DNA of 59,868 nt from Microbacteriaceae bacterium (GCA_044237445.1 JBIIFF010000001.1:1-59868), one strand, 5' to 3'. Shown: positions 29,975 through 40,594, counted from the first letter of the stretch. Translations and numbers: made by a program. The notes: generated by a model from the letters alone, not told the origin.

Positions 29975-30768
29975 GCGTTCCGGAACTCGAGCAATGCGTC
30001 CACGAGCGCTTCGTTGCTGCGCTCTGCCGCAGTGTGGGAAACAACCAGGCCCGCCTCCCGCGCGTCATACGCGGTTCGCGGTCCGATACAGATGATCGCC
30101 GTCGAATCGGGGATTGGGCTCAGTTGGAGGGCCAACTGACGCGCGACGCTTCCGGAACTCACCAGGATCGCGGTGATGTCTCCCGATCGAACCCGTTCGA
30201 TCACGTCCACGTCGATTTCGAGCCCGATGGTTCGGTAGGCGGACACGAATGTCGCCCGCACGCCCCGTTCCGTGAAACCCGCGGCGAGAATCGGCTCGGA
30301 GGTTTCGGAGTGGGGGACAAAAACGGACGATTCGAGGAATCCGTCGGGCAGCGTGTGAAGGAAGCCACGAGGTGAATTGTCGGTAGCAGGAACGAAGTCA
30401 ACCCGGATGTTCGCGAAAGACAGCGCCTGCGCCGTGGTTTCTCCGATTGCGGCCACTCGGGTGTGCTCGGGAATTTCGACCTTTTCGTGCTGCAACACAT
30501 CCACCGTTGTGGCACTCGTGAGAACTACCCAGTCGAAATCGCCCGCACGCAGGCGAATCAGCTGTTGCTGGAGCGCGTTGTCGTCCTCGGCAGCCGCGAA
30601 GTTGACGACGGGCGCGACGACCGCCTGTGCACCGAGCACCGTGAGCCGATTGGTGATGTCTTCCGAAAACCGCCCACCGCGCGGGATAAGCACCGTCTGG
30701 TCGCCGAGGCGTCGAATCACCGGAATGCTCGACGTCGGGCTTACCTCGCGAATTGCAAAATCAGTCAT
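29971..30768 (-). CDS. hemD: Uroporphyrinogen-III synthase
   Basis: FDWVVLTSATTV, AAIGETTA, AYRT, SSGS, ICIGPRTA. Confidence 0.85.
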   Translation of the reverse strand: MTDFAIREVSPTSSIPVIRRLGDQTVLIPRGGRFSEDITNRLTVLGAQAVVAPVVNFAAAEDDNALQQQLIRLRAGDFDWVVLTSATTVDVLQHEKVEIPEHTRVAAIGETTAQALSFANIRVDFVPATDNSPRGFLHTLPDGFLESSVFVPHSETSEPILAAGFTERGVRATFVSAYRTIGLEIDVDVIERVRSGDITAILVSSGSVARQLALQLSPIPDSTAIICIGPRTAYDAREAGLVVSHTAAERSNEALVDALLEFRNA

Positions 30769-30994
30769 CCCCGAAAACCGCCCATGCAATCGTGCTCACG
30801 ACAACGACGCCCACGATTCCCGCTCCGATCCACCACGGCACGGGGTTGGCCTGATACGAGCCTGAGATTTTTTCCCCCAACGCCGCACGCTGAGCGGGAA
30901 AGTCAAGTTTGTGTTCCAATTCAGAGACCGTCTCGCGGAACTGTTCGCGGCGGGCCGCGATGTCTGCCGCAATCTGCTTTCGGCTACTTGCCAC
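30761..30994 (-). CDS. Small DUF3618-like membrane protein
   Basis: QIAADIAARREQFRETVSELEHKLD followed by a C-terminal TM helix; overlaps the holin-family gene stop. Confidence 0.65.
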   Translation of the reverse strand: MASSRKQIAADIAARREQFRETVSELEHKLDFPAQRAALGEKISGSYQANPVPWWIGAGIVGVVVVSTIAWAVFGDD

Positions 30995-31382
30995 GGGAGT
31001 CTCCTTTTGCCAAGTTTCGGAAGTCTGCGGCGATCTGGTCGACCGACTCGAACGGAGTGAAACCTTTGCGAATTGACGCGATGCCGATGGCAATGAACAA
31101 CACACCGAAGACCAAGACGACGCCGGCGACAACGAGCGCAGCCGCCCACGCGGGCATGAACACTGCGAGCCACAGGATGAGGGAGACGACGAGCATCGTC
31201 ATGAACATCGACAGCAGCGTCACTCCCAATGTCACCCAGCCGAGTCCAATTCCGGCAGAGCGAAGTTTGCTGGCGAGTTCGGACTGAAGCAGTCGAACCT
31301 CGGCCCTTACGAGGTCACTCAGTTCTCGCGGCAAATCGGCGAGAAGCTGAAAAAAGCCGCGTTCTTTGGTGTCCTTCGCCAT
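30984..31382 (-). CDS. Actinobacterial holin-X (YhjD-like) family membrane protein
   Basis: LSDLVRAEVRLLQSEL, two TM helices with PAWAAALVV. Confidence 0.75.
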   Translation of the reverse strand: MAKDTKERGFFQLLADLPRELSDLVRAEVRLLQSELASKLRSAGIGLGWVTLGVTLLSMFMTMLVVSLILWLAVFMPAWAAALVVAGVVLVFGVLFIAIGIASIRKGFTPFESVDQIAADFRNLAKGDSRGK

Positions 31383-31388
31383 GAAAAG

Positions 31389-31757
31389 CTAGTTCTGTGA
31401 GTCCGACGCGGGAGGCTTCGGCGTGGACTTTCGCGTCGTTTTCGGCGCTGTTTTGGGGGTCCGAGTTGCCGCTGCGGGCTTAGCCGCCGGGGGCGTTTTC
31501 GCGTCAGCCGACTTACCCGTGCGCATCGCCTCGACCCGCTCCGAAATCTTTTTTACGTTCTCTGAAACAGCCGACGCGACCTCGGGAGCGTTCTCTTTGA
31601 CGAATTCGGTCGCTGCCGAAACCTGTTCCTGAACTCGAGGGTCGTTCCAGACCTTGAGCGCAGCGGTTTTCATCTGGTTGTACCGCGCACGGCCCGCTCG
31701 GGTGCCGAAAACGTAGCCAACCCCCAGGCCTAAGACGAAAAGAATCTTTCCGCGCAT
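31389..31757 (-). CDS. Conserved actinobacterial YtxH-like protein
   Basis: MRGKILFVLGLGVGYVFGTRAGRARY.Q; AAGGAGG SD. Confidence 0.75.
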   Translation of the reverse strand: MRGKILFVLGLGVGYVFGTRAGRARYNQMKTAALKVWNDPRVQEQVSAATEFVKENAPEVASAVSENVKKISERVEAMRTGKSADAKTPPAAKPAAATRTPKTAPKTTRKSTPKPPASDSQN

Positions 31758-31858
31758 GGTGATTCCTCCTTGTATGCCGTTCAGAGAACATATTCTATCC
31801 CCGAACTCGGGCGTCAAAAATCCTGGTGCCACTCGATACCGGATTGCACCGCCGGCAA

Positions 31859-33808
31859 CTACCAGATCGTGACGCGGTCCGCCGGCTCCAACCACATCGG
31901 GTCATTCGCGTTCACGCCGAATGTGTCATAGAACACATCGAGGTTTCGCACGATTTGGTTGCAGCGAAACTCGGGTGGCGAGTGCGGGTCGATGGCCAGC
32001 AGTCGAAGCGCCTCTTCGTCGCGAGACGATTGACGCCAGGCCTGCGCCCACGACAGAAAGAACCGCTCCGCCCCGGTCATCCCATCGACGATGGGCGGTT
32101 CGGCGCCGTCCAGGGACAACATGTAGGCCTTCCAGGCGATACTGAGCCCGCCCAAGTCACCAATGTTCTCGCCGATTGTCAGTTCGCCGTTGACATGATG
32201 GCCCGGTAGCGCTTGCGGTTCGAGCGCGTTGTACTGATCAATCAACGCGCGTGTCCGTTCCGAGAATCGCTCGCGGTCGACGTCGCTCCACCAGTTGGAC
32301 AAGCGACCGTCACCATCGAATTCGCTGCCCTGATCGTCAAATCCGTGGCCGATCTCGTGTCCAATCACGGCACCGATTGCGCCATAGTTCGCGGCGGCGT
32401 CTCGGTCCGCAACGAAAAACGGATACTGCAGGATTGCGGCCGGGAACACGATTTCGTTGAAGCCGGGGTTGTAATACGCGTTGACGGTCTGGGGCAACAT
32501 GAACCATTCGTCTCGGTCGAGCGGTTTCCCCACTTTTCCAAGTTCCCGGGCAAATTCAAATCGGGCGATTGCGAACACATTGCCGACGAGGTCATCCGCC
32601 GCCACATGAACGGTCGAATAGTCGCGCCACTTCGGGGGATACCCGATCTTGGGCGTGAACTTGTCGAGTTTTTCGAGCGCCCGCGCCTTGGTCTCGTCGC
32701 TCATCCACTCCAGATTGGAAATGGACTCCCGATACGCCTCTGTCAGGTGGTGGATGAGGATGTCCATCTGGGCTTTCGCCGCGGGTGGATAGTGACGTTC
32801 GACGTACAGTTTGCCGACTGCCTCGCCGAGCCCGCCCTCGGCGAATCCGACACCGCGCTTCCAGCGGTCTCGGATTTGCGGTGTGCCCGACAACGTCGTC
32901 CCGTAGAAGGCGAAATTTTCGTCCACGAACGCAGCCGAAAGGTACGGCGCGAGTCCGTGAATGACCTGCCAGCGCAACCAGTCGGTGAGGGACTCGAGGT
33001 CCGCCGATTCCAGGATCGAGCGCGCGCCTTCGATGAAGGACGGCTGTCGCACCACAACCTCGGTGAACACCTGGTCCGCAACATCGAGAGCGTCGCGCCA
33101 CGGCAACGCGACCGGGCCCAGCGACAGCGCGAACTCGTCCCACCCGACCAGGTTGTACGTCGCGTGGGTGTCGCGGCATCGAACGGTGTCCCAGTGGAAC
33201 GACGCCAGCTGTTCTTCGATGGCATACACGCGCGACGCGCTCGCCGCGGGATCGGTCATACCGGCGAGAGTGAACATTCGCTCGAGGTGAGCGCGGTACG
33301 CGTCACGAATCGAGGCAAAGGTGTCTTCGCGAAAATACGACTCGTCGGGAAGTCCGATTCCGCTCTGTTCGAGAAACACGAGATAGCGCGAGGGGTCACC
33401 GGGGTCGTTGTCAACAAACATCGACACGAACGAACCGATGCCTTCGCGTTCGAATTCCCCCAGCGTCGACATGAAGTGGGCGAGGGACGCAACCTGGTCG
33501 ATGCGGTCCAGCAGCGGAGCCAGCGGTCCGGCCCCGAGTGCGTTTACCGCATCGACATCCATGAAGCTGGAATACAGGTCACCGACCTTTCGCGCTTCCG
33601 TCCCCGCGGCCGCCGATTGGCACTCCTCGATGATGGTTCGGACCGCCTTTTCCGCTTCTTCCGCGAGGATGTGAAAAGACCCGTAGCGGGCTTTGTCGGC
33701 GGGAATGGGAGTTCGGGCGATCCACCGCTCGTTCATGTGGCGGTACAGGTCATCGGCGGGGCGAATCGCGTCATCGCGCTCGTCGATTTCAATTCCGGAC
33801 GTGGTCAT
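31859..33808 (-). CDS. M13 family zinc endopeptidase (PepO/Zmp1-like)
   Basis: VNAYY, NYGAIGAVIGHEIGHGFDDQG (HExxH), GENIGDLGG, DPHSP. Confidence 0.93.
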   Translation of the reverse strand: MTTSGIEIDERDDAIRPADDLYRHMNERWIARTPIPADKARYGSFHILAEEAEKAVRTIIEECQSAAAGTEARKVGDLYSSFMDVDAVNALGAGPLAPLLDRIDQVASLAHFMSTLGEFEREGIGSFVSMFVDNDPGDPSRYLVFLEQSGIGLPDESYFREDTFASIRDAYRAHLERMFTLAGMTDPAASASRVYAIEEQLASFHWDTVRCRDTHATYNLVGWDEFALSLGPVALPWRDALDVADQVFTEVVVRQPSFIEGARSILESADLESLTDWLRWQVIHGLAPYLSAAFVDENFAFYGTTLSGTPQIRDRWKRGVGFAEGGLGEAVGKLYVERHYPPAAKAQMDILIHHLTEAYRESISNLEWMSDETKARALEKLDKFTPKIGYPPKWRDYSTVHVAADDLVGNVFAIARFEFARELGKVGKPLDRDEWFMLPQTVNAYYNPGFNEIVFPAAILQYPFFVADRDAAANYGAIGAVIGHEIGHGFDDQGSEFDGDGRLSNWWSDVDRERFSERTRALIDQYNALEPQALPGHHVNGELTIGENIGDLGGLSIAWKAYMLSLDGAEPPIVDGMTGAERFFLSWAQAWRQSSRDEEALRLLAIDPHSPPEFRCNQIVRNLDVFYDTFGVNANDPMWLEPADRVTIW

Positions 33809-33833
33809 GGTGCTCCCTTCGAGTAAATGATGA

Positions 33834-34511
33834 CTAGTTTAAAAGGCCGAACTGTTCTGCCTGTTTGGTGGGTCCCGCCACGAGAACTTCGTCGAACTCC
33901 GAGACAATTGTGTCGCTGTCCGCGTTGATCCAGTTTCCGTCTCCGGTTTTCACTGCCATCACGGTGACCCCGTATCGTTTGCGAATCTCGGAATCGCCAA
34001 GGCGGGTTCCAATGATGTGCTGGTTTGCTGTCGTTTTGATGATGACGTAGGTGTCGTCGACCTCGATGAAGTCGGTGGAGCCCTTCACCTGGTGAGCGAC
34101 GCGGCGGCCCATGTCGTGTTCGGGGTAGACAATGTGGTGAACTCCGATTTGTCCGAGGATGTCTCCGTGCTCGACCGATGTCGCTTTCGCCCAGACCTCT
34201 TTGGCCCCGATTTTGATCAGATACGCGCCGATGAGGATGCTGGCGAGGACATCGGACCCGATCGCAATCACGCAGACGTCGTAATCCTTGACGTGCAATT
34301 GCTCGAGCGCTTCGCCGACACCGGGGTCGACCCGAACGACTTTGGTGAGCAGCCCGTTGTGTCGTTGCACGCGGTCCTCGTCGGTTTCAATTCCGAGCAC
34401 TTCAACTCCGCTGGCCACGAGTTCGCAGGCCAAGGCCGAGCCAAAACGCCCCAGCCCGAAGACCGCGACGTTCCGGACGCTTTTTCGTGTTCCAAATGTA
34501 CGTTTAACCAA
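33834..34511 (-). CDS. TrkA/KtrA family potassium uptake regulatory (RCK) subunit
   Basis: GLGRFGSA NAD-binding motif, VWAKA, PEHDMG; TTG start overlapping the TrkH/KtrB stop. Confidence 0.85.
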   Translation of the reverse strand: MVKRTFGTRKSVRNVAVFGLGRFGSALACELVASGVEVLGIETDEDRVQRHNGLLTKVVRVDPGVGEALEQLHVKDYDVCVIAIGSDVLASILIGAYLIKIGAKEVWAKATSVEHGDILGQIGVHHIVYPEHDMGRRVAHQVKGSTDFIEVDDTYVIIKTTANQHIIGTRLGDSEIRKRYGVTVMAVKTGDGNWINADSDTIVSEFDEVLVAGPTKQAEQFGLLN

Positions 34512-35868
34512 GGAGGGGCCTTTCTTTCGGGAACTCATACAGGTTGGGGCGATGGGTGAGAACAAGTGCTGTACTTAGCGTAAGCGGACCGAGCCGTCCC
34601 ACAATCATGAGCACAATCAGGTTGATGAGCGCAGCGTCGGGGAGAGACGCGGTGATTCCGGTGGACAGTCCCACCGTTCCGAACGCACTAATAACTTCGA
34701 AGATGATTTTGTCCGTGTCAGTGTCGGTGACGACCTGCATGAGAACCGTCGAAATAGCCACGTAGGCGACCGACAAAAGAGCAATGGTGATGGCCTGTCG
34801 GTGAACGGAACGCGAGAGGCGCTTCCCAAAGATGTTGACCGCAGAGTCGCCGCGAAGCTCGGTCCACACGATGTATGCAAGAACAGCGAACGTCGTAATC
34901 CGGATTCCGCCGCCAGTACTGCTCGGGCCGGCGCCGATGAACATGAGGGCGTCCAGTCCCAGCCACGTCTCTGGCTGAAAGAGGCCGACGTCCAACGTAT
35001 TCAGTCCGCCGCTTCGTGTCTGGACCGAGTGAAAGAAGGAGGCCATGATTTTCGTGAAAGTGTCGAGGGGACCGAGTGAGTTCGGGTTGGACCACTCCAA
35101 CACCGCGATATAGATCGTGCCGACGATGGTGAGAATCACCGTCATAGCGAGCACGATGTTGAGATTCATGGTCCACACTCGAGGAGCCCACCCGGCTCGT
35201 CGAAGTTCGATAAGGACGGGAAATCCGACGCCGCTGACGAGAACCAATGCCGAGACCGTAAGGCTAATCACGGGGTCGTACACGAACTGCATCAGGCTGT
35301 CGGGGTAGAGCGAAAAGCCGGCTTGGTTGAACGCGGAGATAGAGTGAAAAACGCCAGACCAAAGGGCTTTACCGATGTCATAGTCATAAATGAACGTGAA
35401 CCACGCGGCGAGAATCACCGCACCAATCACCTCGAAAAACAGAACCAATTTGACGATTCGAACGATGATTTCGCGCATCGTTCCCAGGTCTTGAGGGGTT
35501 CGAAACTCGGTCGAGATAAGGTCTGTTCCGCTGGTGGACAGGCGTCGGAACACAAAAATTGCCACGAATCCCGACACCACCATGATTCCCAGCCCGCCGA
35601 GTTGGATCAGGACCAACAACACAACTTTTCCGAAGTCCGTGAGAGTCGCGGACACGTCGACAACCGAAAGTCCCGTGACCGAAACGGCCGACGTCGAGGT
35701 GAAGAATGCGTCGATAAACGACAGCGGCGCTCCCGTCGCCGCCATCGGTAGGGTGAGAACCAGCGCCCCCACGGTGATGAGCACGAGATAGACCAACAAC
35801 ACGACCTGGGTCGGGTGCAGCGAGAAACGACCGCGGAGTCGCTCTCGGATGGAGGTCAGTGAAGCCAC
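34504..35868 (-). CDS. TrkH/KtrB family potassium uptake membrane subunit
   Basis: FTSTSAVSVTGL, IQLGGLG, FHSISAFN.AGF, MFIGAGPSSTGGGI, FEVISAFGTVGLSTG. Confidence 0.92.
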   Translation of the reverse strand: MASLTSIRERLRGRFSLHPTQVVLLVYLVLITVGALVLTLPMAATGAPLSFIDAFFTSTSAVSVTGLSVVDVSATLTDFGKVVLLVLIQLGGLGIMVVSGFVAIFVFRRLSTSGTDLISTEFRTPQDLGTMREIIVRIVKLVLFFEVIGAVILAAWFTFIYDYDIGKALWSGVFHSISAFNQAGFSLYPDSLMQFVYDPVISLTVSALVLVSGVGFPVLIELRRAGWAPRVWTMNLNIVLAMTVILTIVGTIYIAVLEWSNPNSLGPLDTFTKIMASFFHSVQTRSGGLNTLDVGLFQPETWLGLDALMFIGAGPSSTGGGIRITTFAVLAYIVWTELRGDSAVNIFGKRLSRSVHRQAITIALLSVAYVAISTVLMQVVTDTDTDKIIFEVISAFGTVGLSTGITASLPDAALINLIVLMIVGRLGPLTLSTALVLTHRPNLYEFPKERPLLG

Positions 35869-35898
35869 CTCGCTAGATTACGCCCATAGGCTGTGTAA
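35869..35898. promoter_or_regulatory. Back-to-back leaderless promoters for the TrkH/KtrB gene and nucS
   Basis: TAATCT (minus strand, 35875-35880) and TAGGCT (plus strand, 35887-35892), each exactly 6 nt before a GTG start. Confidence 0.55.
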
Positions 35899-36594
35899 GT
35901 GAGATTAGTGGTGGCGACTTGTTCCGTGGATTACGCGGGACGATTGACCGCACACCTGCCTCTCGCAACCCGAACACTCATGCTCAAGAGCGACGGAAGC
36001 GTTCTCATCCATTCGGATGGCGGTTCGTACAAGCCGCTCAACTGGATGAGCCCACCCTGCGTCATCGATTTCATGGAACCCGATGACGACCTCGCCGCAG
36101 CCGGCGTTCTCGAGTTGTGGCGAGTGACTCACGCGAAAACGGCCGACATGCTCGCGATTTCGATCTTCGAAATCCACCACGATTCAACCCATGAACTGGG
36201 CGACGACCCGGGCCTCATCAAAGACGGGGTGGAAGCCGATTTGCAGCGCCTGTCCGCAGGCCAAATCGAGGTCTATGGCGAAGGATTTAACCTGATTCGC
36301 CGTGAGTATCCGACCGCAATCGGTCCGGTCGACATCCTCGCACGTGATTCGAACGAATCCGTTGTCGCGATTGAAATCAAACGACGTGGCGATATCGACG
36401 GAGTTGAGCAGTTGACGCGGTACCTCGAACTCCTCAACCGGGACCCGACCCTGGCCCCGGTCACCGGGATTTTCGCAGCGCAGGAAATCAAGCCACAAGC
36501 GCGCACCCTTGCCGAGGACCGCGGCATCCGATGTGTTGTTCTCGACCTCGACGCCTTGCGCGGCGGCGAAACCGACCACGACAGGCTCTTCTGA
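35899..36594 (+). CDS. nucS: Mismatch endonuclease NucS/EndoMS
   Basis: [54 protein letters not shown]. Confidence 0.95.
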   Translation: MRLVVATCSVDYAGRLTAHLPLATRTLMLKSDGSVLIHSDGGSYKPLNWMSPPCVIDFMEPDDDLAAAGVLELWRVTHAKTADMLAISIFEIHHDSTHELGDDPGLIKDGVEADLQRLSAGQIEVYGEGFNLIRREYPTAIGPVDILARDSNESVVAIEIKRRGDIDGVEQLTRYLELLNRDPTLAPVTGIFAAQEIKPQARTLAEDRGIRCVVLDLDALRGGETDHDRLF

Positions 36595-37244
36595 TGACCT
36601 ATACCGCGGTGTTGTTCGACCTCGACGGGACCATTGTTGATTCCGCGCCGGGAATCTTTCACTGCTTTGAACACACGTTTCGGATGATGCATCGCGAGGC
36701 GCCCAGCCGCGCGGCGATGCGCCCGTTCCTCGGGCCACCCCTCGAGGAAACGTTTCGCGATTCGCTGGGAATGACCGGCGATGATCTTGACCGTGCGGTC
36801 GCCATTTATCGCGCCGAGTACGCGGCGGGGGGCGCAATCACCGCCGAAATGTATCCCGGTGTGATCGAAGTCGTTCGTGCCGTTCGAAAAGCCGGAATCC
36901 CGGTCGCATTGGCGACATCAAAGGTAGAAACTGGCGTTCGCATGGTTTTGCGGCACTTCGAACTCGAAGAGGACTTCGACGTGCTGGGTACCGCCTCGGA
37001 CGACGATGTTCGATCAGCGAAAGCAGACGTTGTTCGCTTCGCGCTCGACGCTCTTGACGAGGCAGGTGCCGACATTTCGCGTGTGGTCTTGGTGGGCGAT
37101 CGAATACACGACGTCGAAGGTGCCGCCATCCACGGCGTCGACAGCGTGTTGGTGCAGTGGGGATATGGCACCGAGGACGAATGGTCAGAGGCGACCGCGA
37201 CCGTTGCGACGGTCGAAGGGCTTCGCAAGTTCCTCGGGGTTTAA
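36594..37244 (+). CDS. HAD-IA hydrolase (phosphoglycolate phosphatase/nucleotidase-like)
   Basis: FDLDGTIVDS, ATSK, K..VV, VGDRIHDVEGA, WGYG; TGATG coupling to nucS. Confidence 0.88.
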   Translation: MTYTAVLFDLDGTIVDSAPGIFHCFEHTFRMMHREAPSRAAMRPFLGPPLEETFRDSLGMTGDDLDRAVAIYRAEYAAGGAITAEMYPGVIEVVRAVRKAGIPVALATSKVETGVRMVLRHFELEEDFDVLGTASDDDVRSAKADVVRFALDALDEAGADISRVVLVGDRIHDVEGAAIHGVDSVLVQWGYGTEDEWSEATATVATVEGLRKFLGV

Positions 37245-39439
37245 CTGGTGCGGAACGCGGCGAGGCGGACCGAGTTGAGCACCACGAATACGGATGAGAA
37301 CGCCATGGCGAGACCGGCAACCGCCGGGCCCATGATTCCCGCGAGAGCGATGGGGATTGCGATCGCGTTGTAGCCAAACGCCCACACCAGGTTTCCGCGA
37401 ATCGTTCCCAGCGTCGACCGCGACAGCCGAATAGAGTCGGCTACTCGGCGAAGGTCAGTGGTCACCAGCACGATGTCGCTCGTTTCAATCGCAACGTCCG
37501 TGCCATGCCCCATCGCGATTCCCAGATCGGCTTGCGCGAGTGCCGCCGCATCATTGATTCCGTCGCCGACCATCGCCACGACCTCTCCTCGTTGTTGAAG
37601 ACGTGCGATGAGGTCGCGTTTGTCGGCCGGGTTCATGGCTCCGTAGAACTCGTCGATACCCACCTCTCGCGCAACCAATTCGGTGACCGCCGTGTTGTCA
37701 CCCGACGCCATGACGGTTCGAATTCCCAGCTTTGATAGCGCGTTGATCGCCACCGAGGCACTGGGTTTGACAACGTCACTGATGGCAATGAGGCCCACGA
37801 CCCTGTCCCCGTGCGCAACGGCAACGAGGGATCGCCCCGCCAAAGTCCACTCAGCAGCTAGTTCCGCGATTGCCGGCGAGACGGAATGTGCCGTTTCGGC
37901 AAGCCACGCCAATGACCCGGCGCGAATAACCGTCGTGCCCAGACTTCCCGTCACTCCACGCCCCGGTTCAGCCACAATTCCGGACGCAACGTCGCCCATG
38001 ATTCCGCGAGTGGTCGCTTCGGCCACGACCGACCGAGCCAGCGGGTGATCCGTACCCATCTCAACACGCGCTGCGTCCCCGAGAACCGTGTCGACCGAAA
38101 CTCCGTCGCCGAAAACATCGACCACCGATGGGTGTCCGCTCGTCAGCGTTCCGGTCTTGTCAACGACGACGATCGTGACGCGACGCGTGCTCTCGAGAAC
38201 GTCGGTTCCGCGAATGATGATTCCACTGCGGGCTCCGCGTCCAGTCCCGGCGAGAAGAGCCATCGGTGTTGCCAGTCCGAGTGCACACGGACAGGCCACG
38301 ACGAGCGTCGCCACCGCGATAGACACCGCGTGTGTCGCATCGCCCGAGATGGCGAACCACACGATTCCGCCGATGACTGCGGCGACAATCACGAGTGGCA
38401 CGAACACCGCCGAGATGCGGTCGACCAGTTTTTGGACAGGCGCTTTGCCCGCTTGGGCTTCTTCGACCATGTGGGTGAGCCGAGCGAGTTCGGTGCTGGC
38501 GCCAACCGCGGTGGCTTCGACCACTAGTCGGCCCCCCGCATTGACCGTTCCGCCGATGAGTGTCGAGCCAGGACCGACGGCAACAGGCACGCTTTCGCCC
38601 GTGACGGCACTCGCATCGATTGCCGACTGTCCCTCGATGATCCGGCCATCCGTCGGCACAATCCCGCCGGCCAGGACGACGAATGTGTCGCCTTTCTGCA
38701 CGGCACCGGCGGGGACCGTTACTTCACGCTCATCAATGAGGAGAACTGCCTGCTTGGCGGCGGTGTTGAGAAGAGCGGTGAGCGACATTTTCGCCGCTCG
38801 TTTAGAGCGCGATTCCAACAGACGTCCGAGCAAGACGAACGCGGTGACCACGGCGGCTGACTCAAAATAAAGCGAATGGGGACTGTAGCCAAACAACGCC
38901 AATTCCATACGCATCCCGATCATGCCCGCCATCGTGAAAAACAATGCATACATCGACCACAGGTAGGCCACCGCAACCCCGAGCGATACGAGAGTGTTCA
39001 TCGTCGTTGCACCGTGGCGCGCATTGCGCAGCGCCGCTCTGTGGAATGGCCACGCCCCCCAGGTGACGATCGGCGTGGTGAGTGCGGCAGCCACCCACTG
39101 AAATCCGTCGAACTGCCAAGCGGGGAACATCGAGACGAGAAACACCGGTATCGCGAGGACAAGTGAAACAATGACCCGAGCCGTAAGCACAGGATCGACG
39201 GGAGCTTCGGTTTCGCGCTGGTCGCGGTCGATGACTCGAGCTCCGTAACCGACCTTGGTGATAGCCGCAATGAGGTCCGTCGCATCGGTCACGCCGTCGA
39301 TGTCAATCGAGGCACGCTCGGTCGCAAAATTGACGGTCGCGGTCACTCCAGGAACGGTCGACAGCGCGCCTTCAATCCGGCCCGCACACGTCGCACAGGT
39401 CATACCCTCCAGCGCCAGATCGACGTGGGTGCTGGGCAT
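37241..39439 (-). CDS. copA: Copper-translocating P1B-type ATPase
   Basis: MTCATC HMA domain, TGES, ACPCALGLATP, DKTGT, HP, GDGINDA, YN...MAFSS Cu(I) signature. Confidence 0.9.
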   Translation of the reverse strand: MPSTHVDLALEGMTCATCAGRIEGALSTVPGVTATVNFATERASIDIDGVTDATDLIAAITKVGYGARVIDRDQRETEAPVDPVLTARVIVSLVLAIPVFLVSMFPAWQFDGFQWVAAALTTPIVTWGAWPFHRAALRNARHGATTMNTLVSLGVAVAYLWSMYALFFTMAGMIGMRMELALFGYSPHSLYFESAAVVTAFVLLGRLLESRSKRAAKMSLTALLNTAAKQAVLLIDEREVTVPAGAVQKGDTFVVLAGGIVPTDGRIIEGQSAIDASAVTGESVPVAVGPGSTLIGGTVNAGGRLVVEATAVGASTELARLTHMVEEAQAGKAPVQKLVDRISAVFVPLVIVAAVIGGIVWFAISGDATHAVSIAVATLVVACPCALGLATPMALLAGTGRGARSGIIIRGTDVLESTRRVTIVVVDKTGTLTSGHPSVVDVFGDGVSVDTVLGDAARVEMGTDHPLARSVVAEATTRGIMGDVASGIVAEPGRGVTGSLGTTVIRAGSLAWLAETAHSVSPAIAELAAEWTLAGRSLVAVAHGDRVVGLIAISDVVKPSASVAINALSKLGIRTVMASGDNTAVTELVAREVGIDEFYGAMNPADKRDLIARLQQRGEVVAMVGDGINDAAALAQADLGIAMGHGTDVAIETSDIVLVTTDLRRVADSIRLSRSTLGTIRGNLVWAFGYNAIAIPIALAGIMGPAVAGLAMAFSSVFVVLNSVRLAAFRTS

Positions 39440-39654
39440 TAGTGGACTAGTTCGTAGCCGGCTTCGACGATTGCCTTATCAAGGGCGGAAGCATCGACAG
39501 CCCCATCGCTCTCGACGTGCAGCGTCGACTGACCATTCGCCACGAGATCAATGCTGACCCCCGTTACTCCCGGCACGAGTGCCGCCGCTCGGGATACCGT
39601 CATCACACAGTGGTTACAGGTCAATCCCGTGACGCCGAAGTCTGTTGAACTCAT
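39439..39654 (-). CDS. copZ: Copper chaperone (HMA domain)
   Basis: GLTCNHC...EAGY; TAATG-coupled to copA. Confidence 0.88.
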   Translation of the reverse strand: MSSTDFGVTGLTCNHCVMTVSRAAALVPGVTGVSIDLVANGQSTLHVESDGAVDASALDKAIVEAGYELVH

Positions 39655-39721
39655 GTGGAATTCCTTTCCCCGCCGTTTTCAACATGTGTGGAACCAAAAA
39701 CATTCCCCCACCCAGAAAATC

Positions 39722-39807
39722 TGGTGCGCAAGAGGGGACTTGAACCCCTACGCCCTTACGGGCACTGGCACCTGAAGCCAGCGCGTCTGCCATTCCGCCA
39801 CTTGCGC
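39722..39807 (-). tRNA. tRNA-Leu(CAG)
   Basis: Reverse complement GCGCAAGTGGCGGAATGGCAGACGCG-CTGGC-TT-CAG-GT-GCCAG...GGTTCAAGTCC...TTGCGCACCA. Confidence 0.97.
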
Positions 39808-39922
39808 GCGTCATTCGACGTGCCCGTCAAGGCTATCACGGCGACGCATTCCCTCCCCCGCGAGGTGTGGGGCGCGAACTCGTGCCACGGTTAGAATTGG
39901 CTCGACCGTCCAGGGGGAAATT

Positions 39923-40594
39923 GTGGGCTTATTAGACAACGTAGAACGTGGTCTTGAGCGACTCGTCAGCGGCGCATTTGCGAAGTCTTTTCGAGGCGGT
40001 GTGCAGCCGATTGAAATCATCGCGGCGCTCAAGCGGGAAATGGATTCCCACGCAGTCGTCGTCCAGCGCGACCGCATTTTGGCGCCCCACGTCTATACCG
40101 TGGGGCTCAACGCGGACGACATCGAGCCGCTCGCTGCTCACGGCACCGTGTTGATTGACGAATTGACCGACGCCGTCCGGGCCTACGCCACTCGACAGCG
40201 TTACAGTTTCACCGCACCGGTGACCGTCTCACTCGTAGCCGCGTCCGACATTGCGGGTGGTGTCATCAAGGTCGCGTCTCAAGCCCTCGATGCGGTTTCC
40301 GATTGGCACCCGGCGCTCGAGATCAACGGGGAAACGGTTCACCTGACCGGTCCCGAAATCATCATCGGTCGCGGGTCGTCGGCGCAGGTGATTCTCAGTG
40401 ACAGCGGCGCATCGCGACACCACGCCCGAATTCTGTGGAGCGGCAAAATCGGCGGGTTGGAGGACCTTCAATCCACGAACGGGACGGTGTTGAACGGAAC
40501 GCGCATCACGTCGTCCCCGCTGGAGCAGGGTGACGTCATTCAAATCGGGGGCACCCAACTAGTTTTTCGGATTCTGCCGGGAGTCTCCGCGTGA
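39923..40594 (+). CDS. fhaA: FhaA (DUF3662 + FHA domain)
   Basis: ERGLERLVSGAFAKSF..VQP.EI; FHA motifs IGR, SRHHA, STNGT. Confidence 0.88.
   Translation: MGLLDNVERGLERLVSGAFAKSFRGGVQPIEIIAALKREMDSHAVVVQRDRILAPHVYTVGLNADDIEPLAAHGTVLIDELTDAVRAYATRQRYSFTAPVTVSLVAASDIAGGVIKVASQALDAVSDWHPALEINGETVHLTGPEIIIGRGSSAQVILSDSGASRHHARILWSGKIGGLEDLQSTNGTVLNGTRITSSPLEQGDVIQIGGTQLVFRILPGVSA

Noticed and set aside
30984-31382. 'Holin' as evidence of a prophage
   Set aside because: It belongs to a conserved chromosomal actinobacterial small-membrane-protein trio; no phage genes are nearby.
32213-33826. 537-aa plus-strand ORF (similarly 4277-5152, 24053-25156 and 27180-28484)
   Set aside because: Antisense or alternative-frame shadows of well-supported genes.
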